Source: Candidatus Aminicenantes bacterium (lineage in GTDB: Bacteria > Acidobacteriota > Aminicenantia > Aminicenantales > Saccharicenantaceae). Taken from it: 64,000 nucleotides of DNA. Numbering within the stretch: the stretch's first letter is position 1; every line of letters starts with the position of its first letter. Shown piece after piece: positions 31,788 to 42,743 of this stretch. The translations under genes and the position numbers were made by a program. The stretch is from assembly GCA_963784525.1 (NCBI GenBank), contig CAWART010000015.1, positions 1,672 through 65,671 of the forward strand, read 5' to 3'. Below the pieces are notes generated by a model. That model was not told where the DNA came from. It searched no databases and was given only the letters and a program-made list of their open reading frames with translations.

Positions 31788-33085
31788 TCGAGCCTGACGT
31801 TACGAAAACGGCCGTGAGCGGGACCCGAAAGCTCCTGAGCCGGGCGCTGTTCCTGACCGCTCTGGGGCCGCTATACAACGACATCCTTCTATTCCGCGTC
31901 GCCGGATTCGCGGTGACGCCGGTGCATCTGATGCTCGTCGTGACGGTCATCGCCGCCCTCATGAGCCCTCGACACGTCAACGGGCCGCTCGCCCTGATCG
32001 TCCTCTCCATGCTCCTCCTCGAGGTCTCCCACGCCCTGTTGTTCGGGTCCCTCTTCCGGGCGGACTGGGTGAGGTCCTTCGCACAATATCTCGTCTACGC
32101 GACCGCTTTTGTCCTGGTCGCGGGAGTGGCGTTGGAACGTGAGGATCTGCTGGGCATCGCGCCCTGGCTCCGAAGATGTGCGGTCTTTTTCTCTGGTCTG
32201 GGCATCATTCAATTCGTCCTGAACAACTCCGGCTTTGCCCTGTCGTTGCCCGCATACCTTCGCGTCAAGGCTTACGATCCCTTTGCCGAAGCCCGGACCG
32301 GGGGCTTCGTTCCGGCCCAGGGCCTGGCCATGGAACCGTCCTATTACGCCATCGGTCTCGTCATGCTGCTGGCGCTCGTTCTGTTCTTCGATACCGTCGT
32401 GCCCCCCCATCATAAAGGCCTTTCCCGCGCCGCCGTTCTGATGCTCCTTGCCGGGATCGCGACCTCTTTCTCCATGACGGGCATAATTTCGGCGGGCCTC
32501 GTCATTTTCGTACATCTTGCGTCCTCCGGCCCGACTAAAAGGATCAGGAATATTATCATGCTCGGCGTGCTCCTTTTGATCCTTGTCGCGAGCGGGGTCG
32601 TCCGGCCCATCGGGTCACGGCTGAACAGCATCGCCCGGGGCGCCGACAACTCGGCCTTGGTCAGGGTCGAGCTGGCCGTTCGGGTGTTCTTCGCTCCGGC
32701 GAGGGACCTGGAGACGTTCTTTCTGGGCACGGGTCTGGGGCTGGAGGCGCGCAATGCCGATGATTACTTCCGCCTCTACCATGATGTGGCCCTGATCGCC
32801 CCGGAAAGCGACACGGTCAGGATCCACAACATCCTGACGGCGCTCAGGTATCTCCAGGGCTGGTTGGGGGTCCTCCTGTATGGGATCCTGATGGGAACGA
32901 TGCTCCTGGTCACGAAGGGAGAATGGCGTCCGTTCGCCGTCCTGCTGAGCTTCCTCATCCTCTTCCACTTCGCCGTGGGCTTATACCTGGCGCCGGGCAC
33001 CTGGGCCGCATTCGCCCTATGGGCCGTTCTGCGGCGCTCCCAGCTATCCATGTCCAAACTTCCCGAAGAGGCCTTCTCCTCATGA
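31784..33085 (+). CDS. Probable Wzy O-antigen polymerase
   Basis: About 10 TM segments, GLAMEPSYY, FLGTGLG...IHN; located inside the wzx cluster. Confidence 0.7.
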   Translation: MIEPDVTKTAVSGTRKLLSRALFLTALGPLYNDILLFRVAGFAVTPVHLMLVVTVIAALMSPRHVNGPLALIVLSMLLLEVSHALLFGSLFRADWVRSFAQYLVYATAFVLVAGVALEREDLLGIAPWLRRCAVFFSGLGIIQFVLNNSGFALSLPAYLRVKAYDPFAEARTGGFVPAQGLAMEPSYYAIGLVMLLALVLFFDTVVPPHHKGLSRAAVLMLLAGIATSFSMTGIISAGLVIFVHLASSGPTKRIRNIIMLGVLLLILVASGVVRPIGSRLNSIARGADNSALVRVELAVRVFFAPARDLETFFLGTGLGLEARNADDYFRLYHDVALIAPESDTVRIHNILTALRYLQGWLGVLLYGILMGTMLLVTKGEWRPFAVLLSFLILFHFAVGLYLAPGTWAAFALWAVLRRSQLSMSKLPEEAFSS

Positions 33086-33095
33086 CGGATCAGCC

Positions 33096-34322
33096 GTGAG
33101 CCCACGACGCCGCTTGCCCCTTCTCTTCCTTTCCTGGGAAAGCCTCTGGCCCGCCCACAGCGGCGCGGCCCTGAGAAGGCTGGGGTTGTTCACGGAGCTC
33201 AGTAAAACCTGTTCCGTCGACCTTATCGTGTTGACGCGCCAGCCGCTCCCCTTGGAGGGATCGGCCTTTCTCGGCGCCCGCGCGCAAAACGTCACCTGGC
33301 TCCCATTGCGCGACGTCGCGATAAGGGACAGGTTGCGGGCGCTCGGCCGGATGTTGCGCCGAGGCTATCCGTACCACAGCGCGGTCCTTGAATGTTCTCT
33401 CGCCGAACATCCCGAGATCAGGCGCAGGATCGCCGATTTCCCGGGGATCGTATTCACGAGCACGGGTCATTGGGGGACGCTGATCCGTGACCGCCCGTCG
33501 CCCAACTGGATCCTGAACCAATGCGACGCCGACGTAGACCTCTGGAGGGTCTACGCGAATCAAGCGACGCATCCCCTTTCGCGCTGGGCCGCGCGCCTGA
33601 ACTATCGCCTCGCGCGCCGTCACTATCCGCGGATCTACGCCAATGTCGGCCGCATCATCTCGGTTTGCGAAGAGGATCGGCTCCAGACCCTTTCCCTGGC
33701 CCCTCGAGCCCGGGTGGACGTAATCGAGAATGGCGTCGATTGTTCGTACTATGCCCCCCACAAGGCGCCGCGGACCGGCCCGCCCCGGCTCCTCTTCACC
33801 GGCACCTCCGCCGCCCGTAATGTGACGGCGCTTCGGGGATTCGTGAAGAACGTTCTGCCTCTGATCCGGTCAAAGGTCCCTGAATCGGAGCTTCTCGTGG
33901 GGGGCGACTTCAGCGCCAAGGCCCAGGCCGGGTTCGCGGGAATCCCCGGCCTGCGCTTCACCGGACGCGTCGACGATATGCGGCCGGTCTTCGAGCAAAG
34001 CGATGTCTTCGTGGCCCCTTTCGAGGAGACCCACGGCTCGAAGCTCAAGGTCGCGGAGGCGATGGCCATGGGGATGGCCATCGTGACGACGCCCGCCGGC
34101 ATTCGGGGATTCTCGCTCATCGACGGGGAATCGGTCCTGGTCGCCCGGGACGACGAGCGATTTGCCGCCCTGGTCACGCGGCTGCTCCGGGATCCCCTCG
34201 AGCGGGAGCGGCTCGGCGCCGCGGCCAGGCACGCGGCCCTCGCGACGATCGATTGGGCCGTCCTGGGGAAGAGATTGACGCACATCGTCGAAAGCGCACG
34301 CGCTCAAAGGAGCCGGCCGTGA
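33096..34322 (+). CDS. Glycosyltransferase family 4
   Basis: NGVD, FTGRVDD and GSKLKVAEAMAMG. Confidence 0.88.
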   Translation: MSPRRRLPLLFLSWESLWPAHSGAALRRLGLFTELSKTCSVDLIVLTRQPLPLEGSAFLGARAQNVTWLPLRDVAIRDRLRALGRMLRRGYPYHSAVLECSLAEHPEIRRRIADFPGIVFTSTGHWGTLIRDRPSPNWILNQCDADVDLWRVYANQATHPLSRWAARLNYRLARRHYPRIYANVGRIISVCEEDRLQTLSLAPRARVDVIENGVDCSYYAPHKAPRTGPPRLLFTGTSAARNVTALRGFVKNVLPLIRSKVPESELLVGGDFSAKAQAGFAGIPGLRFTGRVDDMRPVFEQSDVFVAPFEETHGSKLKVAEAMAMGMAIVTTPAGIRGFSLIDGESVLVARDDERFAALVTRLLRDPLERERLGAAARHAALATIDWAVLGKRLTHIVESARAQRSRP

Positions 34323-34331
34323 GCCTGTGAA

Positions 34332-35603
34332 ATGCGGATATTATATCTTCATCAATACTTCACCCTGCCGTCCGGGGCCGGCGGCACGCGCTCCTACGAG
34401 ATGTCCCGCCGCCTCGCCGCGGCCGGGCATCGGGTGACCGTGATCACATCCACGGCCAACCTGGGGGAGATCTTTCCGCCGGCGGCGGGTTGGCAGGCCC
34501 GGGATGTCGAAGGGATTCATTTGGAAGCCGTCGGCGTGCCCTACGACAACGCGATGTCGTTCATCGAGCGCATCAGGGCCTTCGTCCGATTCGCCGCCCG
34601 CGCGTCCTGGCATGCCGCGAAATTCGACCCCGACGTCGTCTTCGCTACCAGTACGCCGCTGACGATCATCATCCCGGCCCTCGCGGCGCGCCTGCGGCGC
34701 CGCGTTCCGCTGGTTTTCGAAGTGCGCGATCTGTGGCCGGACCTGCCCATCGCCGTGGGGGCGCTCCGCCATCCCCTGGCCAAGGCGGCCGCCCGATGCC
34801 TGGAATGGATCGCCTATCGCGCGTCGACCCATGTCGTGGCGCTCTCTCCCGGCATGGCCCGCGGCGTCATGCGGCGCGGCATACCCGCTTCGAAAGTGAC
34901 CGTCATTCCCAACGGCTGCGACGTCGCCCTTTTCGAGGTTCCCGCCGTGGACGGGGAATGGGTCCGTCAGCGGCTGGGAATGACGCCCGGACAGCCGCTG
35001 GTCGTCTATGCCGGGGCCTTCGGCCTTGTCAACGGATTGGGCTATCTGGTGGACCTGGCCGCCTCCATGAGAGCCATCGCCCCGGAGATCCGCTTTCTGC
35101 TCGTGGGGAGCGGCGCCGAAGCCGACGAATTGAAAGCCCAGGCCGAGCGCGCGGGGATCCTCGATCGCACCCTGTGGATCTGGCCGCCGGTCCCGAAATC
35201 CCAGGTCCCGGGGCTGATGGCCGCCGCGACGACCGCGGTTTCCGTGGTCATCCCTCTGAAGGCCCTGGAGGATAATTCCGCGAACAAGTTCTTCGACGCG
35301 CTGGCGGCCGGGAAGCCGGTGGCCGTGAATCACGAAGGCTGGCAGGCCGATATCCTTCGGGAGAGCGCCGCGGGCATCGTCCTCCCGGCGGACGACGCCG
35401 CGATGGCGGCCGGCCTGTTATCGGATTTCCTCCATGATCCGGACCGCCTGGATAAGGCTTCGGCGGCTTCCCGGCGATTGGCCCACGATGTGTTCTCCCG
35501 AGATCTTCTCGCCGCCCGGTTGGCGCACGTCCTGGAAGCGGCGGTCGGGAAGCGACCGGCGGGAAACGCCGGGAGCCCTATGGGAACGCGAGGCCCGCGG
35601 TGA
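34332..35603 (+). CDS. Glycosyltransferase family 4, WbuB-like
   Basis: YLHQYF..P..AGGTRSYE, FEVRDLWP and NKFFDALAAGKP. Confidence 0.88.
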   Translation: MRILYLHQYFTLPSGAGGTRSYEMSRRLAAAGHRVTVITSTANLGEIFPPAAGWQARDVEGIHLEAVGVPYDNAMSFIERIRAFVRFAARASWHAAKFDPDVVFATSTPLTIIIPALAARLRRRVPLVFEVRDLWPDLPIAVGALRHPLAKAAARCLEWIAYRASTHVVALSPGMARGVMRRGIPASKVTVIPNGCDVALFEVPAVDGEWVRQRLGMTPGQPLVVYAGAFGLVNGLGYLVDLAASMRAIAPEIRFLLVGSGAEADELKAQAERAGILDRTLWIWPPVPKSQVPGLMAAATTAVSVVIPLKALEDNSANKFFDALAAGKPVAVNHEGWQADILRESAAGIVLPADDAAMAAGLLSDFLHDPDRLDKASAASRRLAHDVFSRDLLAARLAHVLEAAVGKRPAGNAGSPMGTRGPR

Positions 35604-36257
35604 ACGATCGCGCCAGGGACGTCGGACACCGGGAAGAGGGGCTTTACCGGCGCCTCGGTAAGCGCCTGCTCGACATCGCCCTGGCGCTTCCGGCCCTGGT
35701 CATCCTGGCGCCCTTCATGGGCGTGCTGGCCGTGCTCGCAGGCCTGATCCTCGGCCCTCCCGTTCTATTCCGCCAGCGGAGGCCTGGATGGCGGGCCAAG
35801 GCCGTTCACCCTGGTCAAGTTCCGCACGATGGTCGAAGCCCGGGACGGTGAGAACCCCTGTTCATCGGACGCCGATCGCTTGACGCCTTTCGGGCGGGTC
35901 CTCCGCGGGCTCAGCCTGGACGAGCTGCCCGAGCTCCTGAACGTCCTGAGGGGCGACATGAGCCTCGTAGGTCCCCGTCCCTTGTTGATGCAATATCTCG
36001 AGCGGTACACTCCGGAACAGGCAAGGAGACACGAGGTCAAGCCTGGGATAACCGGCTGGGCCCAGGTGAACGGCCGGAACGCGCTGACTTGGGAAGAACG
36101 ATTCGAGCTGGACGTCTGGTACGTGGACCATGTCTCTTTGCGGCTCGACATCCTGATCCTGGCGCGGACCATGTGGAAGGTGCTGAAGCGCGAGGGCATC
36201 AATCAGCCGGAGCATGCGACGATGAAAGAATTCATGGGAAGCGGAGAGCACGAATGA
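35600..36257 (+). CDS. Monotopic phosphoglycosyl transferase (PglC-like), frameshift near 35795
   Basis: KRLLDI, PVLFRQ.RPG, SLDELPEL.NVLRGDMSLVGPRP and KPGITGWAQVNGR. Confidence 0.92.
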
Positions 36258-36892
36258 GCAAACGCGTGTACATTTATGGTTCGGGCGGGCATGCCAGGGT
36301 CATCGCAGATATCCTCGTCGCCGAAAGAAAGGAAGTCCTGGGCTTCATCGATGACGACCCGTCGAAATGGAGGAAGGACGGGCCGGGCCCTGAGGTCATC
36401 GGCTTTGAGGCGTTCCCGGGGAAGGAAGCGGATTTCTGGGTGATCATAGGCATAGGCGACAACGGGGCCCGGAAGCGGGTCGCCGCAAAGATGGAGGCGG
36501 CCGGAAGGCCGCGATTCGATACGGCCGTTCATCCGTCGGCCGTCATCAGCGGCAACACGAGCCTCGGTCAGGGGACGGTCGTCATGGCCGGCGCCGTGAT
36601 CAATTGCGGCTCAACGATCGGACGGCATGTGATCATCAACACGGGGGCGTGTATCGATCACGATTGCCGAATCGACGATTTCGTCCATATCTCCCCGGGG
36701 GCCCGCCTCGGAGGCGGGGTCTCGGTCGGGGCCGGAAGCTGGATCGGGCTGGGCGCCTCGATCATCAATAATTGCCGGATCGGCAGGAACGTCATCGTGG
36801 GAATGGGAGCGGTCGTGATCAAGGACATACCGGATTCCTGGGTGGTGGCCGGCAATCCGGCGCGCTTCCTCAGGATGAACGAGGAAGACTGA
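36254..36892 (+). CDS. Sugar N-acetyltransferase (PglD/NeuD-like)
   Basis: GSGGHA, IGIGDN..R and hexapeptide repeats with IDHDC. Confidence 0.9.
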   Translation: MSKRVYIYGSGGHARVIADILVAERKEVLGFIDDDPSKWRKDGPGPEVIGFEAFPGKEADFWVIIGIGDNGARKRVAAKMEAAGRPRFDTAVHPSAVISGNTSLGQGTVVMAGAVINCGSTIGRHVIINTGACIDHDCRIDDFVHISPGARLGGGVSVGAGSWIGLGASIINNCRIGRNVIVGMGAVVIKDIPDSWVVAGNPARFLRMNEED

Positions 36893-36893
36893 C

Positions 36894-38023
36894 ATGCCGC
36901 GCATCTATCTCTCCCCTCCCCACATGTCCGGCGAGGAGCAGGCGTTCGTCGCCGAGGCGTTCCGGTCGAACTGGATCGCGCCGCTCGGGCCGATGGTGGA
37001 CGCCTTCGAGACGGAGGTGTGCGCGCGCGTCGGCGTCGCCCACGGCGCGGCGCTGTCCTCGGGGACGGCGGCCCTGCATCTGGCGATGCTGCTCCTCGAT
37101 ATCCGGGCCGGCCAGGAGGTTCTCTGCGCGACCCTGACCTTCAGCGCGACGGCGAACGCGATCACCTATGTCGGCGCGCGGCCCGTGTTCATCGACAGCG
37201 ACAGGGAGACATGGAACCTGGACCCGGACCTTCTCGAGGAGGAGCTGGCGGGGCTCGCGAAGAACGGCCGCCGGCCCGGGGCGGTCATTGCCGTCGACCT
37301 TTACGGGCAATGCGCCGATTACGGGCGCATCGAGGAGATCTGCCGGGCCCATGGCGTGCCTCTCATCGAGGACTCGGCCGAGGCCCTGGGCGCGACCTGC
37401 GGCGGGAAACAGGCCGGAGCTTTCGGCAAGATGGCCGTCTTTTCGTTCAACGGGAACAAGATCATCACGACCTCCGGCGGAGGAATGCTGGTTTCCTCCG
37501 ATGGGGATCTCGTCCGCAGGGCCCGCTTTCTGGCCACGCAGGCCCGGGACCCGGCCCCGCATTATCAGCACTCCCGCATCGGCTACAATTACCGGATGAG
37601 CAACATCCTGGCCGCGATCGGGAGGGGACAGCTCAGGGCGCTGGATGAGCGGATCGCGGCGAGACGCCGCAACTTTGAGCATTATCGGGCCGCCCTGTCG
37701 GGGCTCCCGGGCATCGAATTCATGCCCGTCGCTTCCTACGGGAAGCCGAACTATTGGCTGACCGTCATTTTGATCTCTCCGGAGGAGTTCGGCGCGGACC
37801 GTGAAGGGGTGCGGCGGCCCTCGAGGCCGAAGATATCGAAGCCCGGCCGATCTGGAAGCCGATGCACCTTCAGCCGGTCTTCGCCGGATGCCGCGTTCGG
37901 GGCGGGGATATTTCCGCGGATCTTTTCGCGCGCGGATTGTGTTTGCCCTCGGGCAGCCGGATGAGCTATGATGATCTGGACCGCGTGGTGGGAACCGTCA
38001 AGAGCTGTCGGGGGACAGCGTGA
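36894..38023 (+). CDS. PglE-like sugar aminotransferase (frameshift near 37820)
   Basis: RIYLSPPHM, SNWIAPLGP and SFNGNKIITTSGGG. The C-terminus (RPIWKPMHLQP...LCLPSG) is in another frame, ending at TGA 38021-38023. Confidence 0.92.
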
Positions 38024-38083
38024 TCGGCGCGATCGGAGAAGCGCCCCTGGGGAGGGGTATATTTTATTGATGGGAACCGAAGC

Positions 38084-39967
38084 ATGAATTCATTTATCAA
38101 GCTCCTATTCCGCAAGTTCCGACAGGGCCTCATCGACCTCGTTATCTTCGCTTTGTCCCTGGCTGCCGCCTATGTCATCCGTTTCGAGGGGGCGATCCCG
38201 GCGAACTTCCTCAAGCAGATCCCCGTCCTTCTGCCCTATATCATCATTGCCCGTTCCTTGTCCTTCCAGGCATTTTCCGTCTACAGGATCGCTTGGCGCT
38301 ACATCTCAATCCACGACGCTTTCCGGATCTTTAAAGCCATCCTGCCGGTGACCGCGCTGTTGGTCCTGGTCCGTTATCACGCGCCTTCTCACCTCGCCCT
38401 GTTGCGCATCCCGATCAGCATCATCGCCCTGGAGTTCCTGCTGGTGACCCTGGGAACGGCGGGAATCCGCATGGTCCGCAGGGTTCTTGTCGAGATGGCG
38501 CAGCGCGACACCTTGACGCGTCGGCGGGCTGGCACGGCCAAGAGGGTCCTGCTGGTCGGGGCCGGCGACGCGGGAAACATGGTGGCCAAGGAATTGGGCC
38601 TGCGAACCGATTTGGGCCTGGAGGTTGCCGGCTTCGTCGACGATAATCCCAATAAGGTCGATAGTGTCATCCAAGGGATCAGGATACTCGGGGGTACGGC
38701 CCAGATCCCCGAGATCGTCCGGCAGGCGAATATCGACGAGGTCATCATCACCATCGTCAACGCCTCCTCCCGAGAGATCCGCCGGATCGTCGAGTTGTGC
38801 GAAGAAGCGGGGGTCAAGGTCAGAATCGTCCCCGGGCTGTTCGAGATGCTCGACGACAGGGTCAAGATCACGAAGGTCCGGGAGATCAATATCGACGACC
38901 TCCTGGGCCGGAGTGTCGTCGATATCGAGGCGCACCAGCCCGACGTCGAGAAGCATTATCGGGGGAAGCGCATCCTCGTGACGGGGGCCGGAGGGTCCAT
39001 CGGAAGCGAGCTGTGCCGGCAGCTGTGCACGTATTGGCCCAAGGAGCTCATCCTCATCGATAAGGACGAGAACAGCATCTTCGAGATCGACAGCGAGCTC
39101 GGGAGCAATGCCAAGGGCCTGCGGGTGACGCCCATCATCTCCAACATCAAGAACGCCAAGAGGCTGGAGACCATCTTCGCCTCATTCATGCCCGATGTCG
39201 TCTTCCACGCGGCAGCCCATAAGCACGTCCCGCTCATGGAATGCAACGTCAGCGAGGCCGTCCTCAACAATGTCCAAGGGACGATGAACCTGGCCCGGGC
39301 GGCGGACCGCCACGGCGTTGAGCGCTTCATCTCCATCTCCTCGGACAAGGCCGTGAATCCGACGAGCGTCATGGGGGCCACCAAGAAGATCGGCGAGATC
39401 GTCGTCCAGGACATCGCGGCCCGGAGCGCGACGAAGTTCACCTGCGTCCGTTTCGGAAACGTCCTGGGAAGCCGGGGAAGCGTCGTCCCGCTGTTCCAAA
39501 GACAGATCGCCCGGGGCGGGCCCGTGACGGTGACCCACCCGGACGTCGAGCGGTACTTCATGTCCCTCGGGGAAGCGGTCGCCCTCATCATCCAGGCGGG
39601 GTCGATCGGCGCGAACGGCGAGATCTTCGTCCTCGATATGGGGAATATGGTGAAGATCAACGACCTGGCAAGGGACCTCATCCGGCTCTCGGGGTTCAAG
39701 GACGGCGACATCGAGATCAAATACACGGGACTGCGTCCGGGCGAGAAGCTCTTCGAAGAGATCCTGATCGACAAGGAGCGGAACAAGGTCACGCAATTCG
39801 ACAAGATCTTCGTCGCGCCGCCGGTGGAGTATGCCGGCGGCGACCTGGAGAAGAGGCTTGAAGACCTGATCACGGACGCGGAAAAGGGACAGGACGCGGA
39901 GATCATCCGCCATTTCCGGGACATGGGCATCGGCTACCAGGGGGATTGGCGCGGCAGCGAGCGGTAA
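38084..39967 (+). CDS. Membrane-bound UDP-GlcNAc 4,6-dehydratase (PglF/CapD/WbpM)
   Basis: Four N-terminal TMs, TGAGGSIGSEL, HAAAHKHVP, SSDKAVNP and RFGNVLGSRGSV. Confidence 0.94.
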   Translation: MNSFIKLLFRKFRQGLIDLVIFALSLAAAYVIRFEGAIPANFLKQIPVLLPYIIIARSLSFQAFSVYRIAWRYISIHDAFRIFKAILPVTALLVLVRYHAPSHLALLRIPISIIALEFLLVTLGTAGIRMVRRVLVEMAQRDTLTRRRAGTAKRVLLVGAGDAGNMVAKELGLRTDLGLEVAGFVDDNPNKVDSVIQGIRILGGTAQIPEIVRQANIDEVIITIVNASSREIRRIVELCEEAGVKVRIVPGLFEMLDDRVKITKVREINIDDLLGRSVVDIEAHQPDVEKHYRGKRILVTGAGGSIGSELCRQLCTYWPKELILIDKDENSIFEIDSELGSNAKGLRVTPIISNIKNAKRLETIFASFMPDVVFHAAAHKHVPLMECNVSEAVLNNVQGTMNLARAADRHGVERFISISSDKAVNPTSVMGATKKIGEIVVQDIAARSATKFTCVRFGNVLGSRGSVVPLFQRQIARGGPVTVTHPDVERYFMSLGEAVALIIQAGSIGANGEIFVLDMGNMVKINDLARDLIRLSGFKDGDIEIKYTGLRPGEKLFEEILIDKERNKVTQFDKIFVAPPVEYAGGDLEKRLEDLITDAEKGQDAEIIRHFRDMGIGYQGDWRGSER

Positions 39968-39998
39968 GAGGCAAGAAGCGAACGGCCGGGAAGAACCC

Positions 39999-42070
39999 AT
40001 GCCCGCCAGGACCAAGCTGTCCGTCCTCTCTCTCTCTGGCGATCTATGGCGCGGGTCTCTATATATTTTTCGTCAAGTACGTCCCCCTGGTCGGCCCGTT
40101 CCAGGCGGCCTTCTTCCCGTCCTGACGGCCGTCCTTTTCATCACCCTCGTCGACGCCCGCAAGGGCACTCTGCTCTTCATCGCCCTCTTCCCCCTCGTCA
40201 ATAGCTTGCCCTATTTCTTCAAGCTCTACGAGCCCCTGCCCATGGCGCCGGCGGCGCTCGTCCTCTTCCTGTTCTTTTTCGGCGGCTGGCTCGGGTCGCT
40301 TCTCCTGCGGAACCGGGAGCTTTACCGGGACGCCCCGCTCTTCAGGCCGCTCGGGCTGTTCGCCGCCCTCGTGGTCCTTTCGGGACTGATCACCTTCTGG
40401 CGGTACGCCAATTTCGTTCCCTTCCGGAGTTCGCACATCTATGAACTGGTCACCAACGCCCACGGCGTGACCGCGGGCGGCGCCCTCATGAGCGTCGTCT
40501 TCTGCTCCCTGAACTATCTGACCGGGATCGCCTTCCTGCTCATCGCCTATAACGCGATCAGGTCCGGGAGGGATATCGGCCCCGTCCTGGTCGCCGTTCT
40601 CATCGGCGTTTACGCTTCCGTCTCCTTCGGCCTCATCCAGCATTTCGGACACCTGGGCCTCGGAAACAATCCCATCAGCGTCCGCCAGGGCCTCGTGAAC
40701 GGCACGCTCAAGGATGCGCTCTCTTTCGGGACGTACCTGGCCATGGTCATCCCTCTCCTCCTGGGGATCGTCCTGGCCCACCGGGGAGCGTTCCGGTTTC
40801 TGGCGTTCGCGATCCTCGTCCCCGCCGCCTGTATCCTCCTGTTCACGGGATCGAAGAGCGGCCTGCTGGGCCTCCCGGTATCCCTGGGCGTTTTCGCCCT
40901 CCTGAACGTCCGGGCCGTCAAACCCGTCCTTCGGGCACGGCCCAGGTCCTGGAAGAGGATTTCATGGTCTTCGCGCGCCGTCGTACTGATGATCCTGGCC
41001 TTCGTCATCGGCGGCGTCATCTTCCGGGAAGCCCTTTTCGAAAAGGCGACCTCGTCCAAGGCATCCGCCCGCCTCAAGGGGATGTTCCTTCAGGAGACGA
41101 TGGATGGCGTCTTTCGGGGACGGACCGACGTCCTCTGGAAGCTTGCCCTCCCCATGATCCGCGACTATCCCCTGACGGGGCTGGGGACGGGGAGCTTCAT
41201 CATCGAGGTCTCGAACTATGCGAAGGCGCGCGGTGTCCATAAGCCGACGCCGGAATCGGCGGAGAATTATTTCCTTCAGGTCGGCACGGAAATGGGATTC
41301 ATCGGAATGGCCCTGGTCCTCTGGGTCTTCTGGCTGCTCGTGAAACAGATGAAGCGGAGCGTTTCGGCCTCCCCCCGGCCTCCGGGAACCGGTGGATCGT
41401 CTCGGGCGCGATCGCGGGGATCGTCTCCTATCTCCTCGCGCTCCAGGTCCACACCTTCATCGGCAGTTACGAGATCAAGTATCTCTTCTGGCTGTTCGTC
41501 GCGATCGTCCTGGCCGCCGGGCGGGTCCCGTCCTCCCCCGAGGGTCCGGCGACCCCTGGGGGCCCGGCGGGACCCTGGGTCCGGCGACTGTTCATCGCCG
41601 GATTCGCCCTCTACGGAGGCGTCCTCCTCTGGCATTCGACCCATGCGCTCTCCCTTGAGAGCCGGACCCGGGAATTCGGGCTCCGCCAGGATTTCGGGTT
41701 CTCCCGGCAGGAGAAGGCGAAGGACGGCGCGTCCTTCCGGTGGACCGGCCGCCGCGCAGGCACGGCCCTCCGCGTCGATAAGCCCTTGATCCGGATCCCC
41801 CTGCACGCCGCCCATCCGGACATCGGCCGGAACCCGGTGAAAGCCAGGGTCTTCGCGGTCCGGGGTCTTTTCAGACACAAGCGTCTCATCGGCGAAGAGA
41901 TCCTCCGCGACGCGGATTGGAAAACCTTCGAATATTCGCTCGCGGACGAGCTCGGACAGGACATCATCCTCCTCATCGAGGTCGACAGGACCTGGAATCC
42001 CTGGAAAACGCAGAGGGTCCAGGATTCCCGCGATCTCGGCGTCGCCTTAGGGAAGATCGCCTTCCGCTGA
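39999..42070 (+). CDS. O-antigen ligase / O-oligosaccharyltransferase-like protein with C-terminal periplasmic domain (frameshifted)
   Basis: Multi-TM; TGSKSG, R..LW, PLTGLGTGSF and AENYFLQVGTEMG. C-terminus ...DSRDLGVALGKI in ORF 41786..42070. Confidence 0.72.
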
Positions 42071-42362
42071 TCCTCTCCCGCCGGCCGACAGCCCCCCAAT
42101 TTCTTCCCCGGTCGTTCCTCCATGGGAGGCTCTGCGTCCTCCGGCGAGGATGGGACGGCCGGGCCCCGGGTCTCGCCCGCCAGGGGAAGGCTCGTTCGCA
42201 GCAACGACGAAATAACCCTCGAGAAGTGAGAATTTTTCGACGCCCCCGCCGTTATTAATCAATAAAGCCTCTATGATGCGACCCATCGGGGCCGGGTCGC
42301 GGGCCTCCGGGGCGTCTGATACCCCGCCCGGTTGGAGCCGGCGACCACGGGAAGGAGGGTGC

Positions 42363-42743
42363 GTGACGACGGAATTCGTCCTGAAGTTCGCCGGCGTCTT
42401 CTTCGGGGTCCTGTCCAGGACCCTTCTCCCCTGGCTGAGAAAGCTGCGGGAGGGCCAGGACCTGAAGTTCGACAAGCGTTACATTCAAGCGACCGCGGCC
42501 TCGCTCGCCGTCGGAGTCCTCCTGACGCTCGTCATCTTCCCCCAGTTGCCCGACTCCTCCGGCGGGGGGCCCGGGTTCGAGGCCTATTTCAAGCTTTTCT
42601 GCCTGGCGTTCGGGTTCGGGTTCGGATGGAACGGGCTCGTCCTCGAGGGTGGGCAGTGGGCGAGGCCGAACGAAATGAAGAAGAACGCGGGCATGGGTTC
42701 GACCGGCACGAATGCGGCCGCGGGGCTCGGGAGGCGAGAATGA
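42363..42743 (+). CDS. Small 3-TM membrane protein of unknown function
   Basis: AGGAGG RBS before GTG 42363; three hydrophobic segments; stop overlaps the protease start (ATGA). Confidence 0.7.
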   Translation: MTTEFVLKFAGVFFGVLSRTLLPWLRKLREGQDLKFDKRYIQATAASLAVGVLLTLVIFPQLPDSSGGGPGFEAYFKLFCLAFGFGFGWNGLVLEGGQWARPNEMKKNAGMGSTGTNAAAGLGRRE

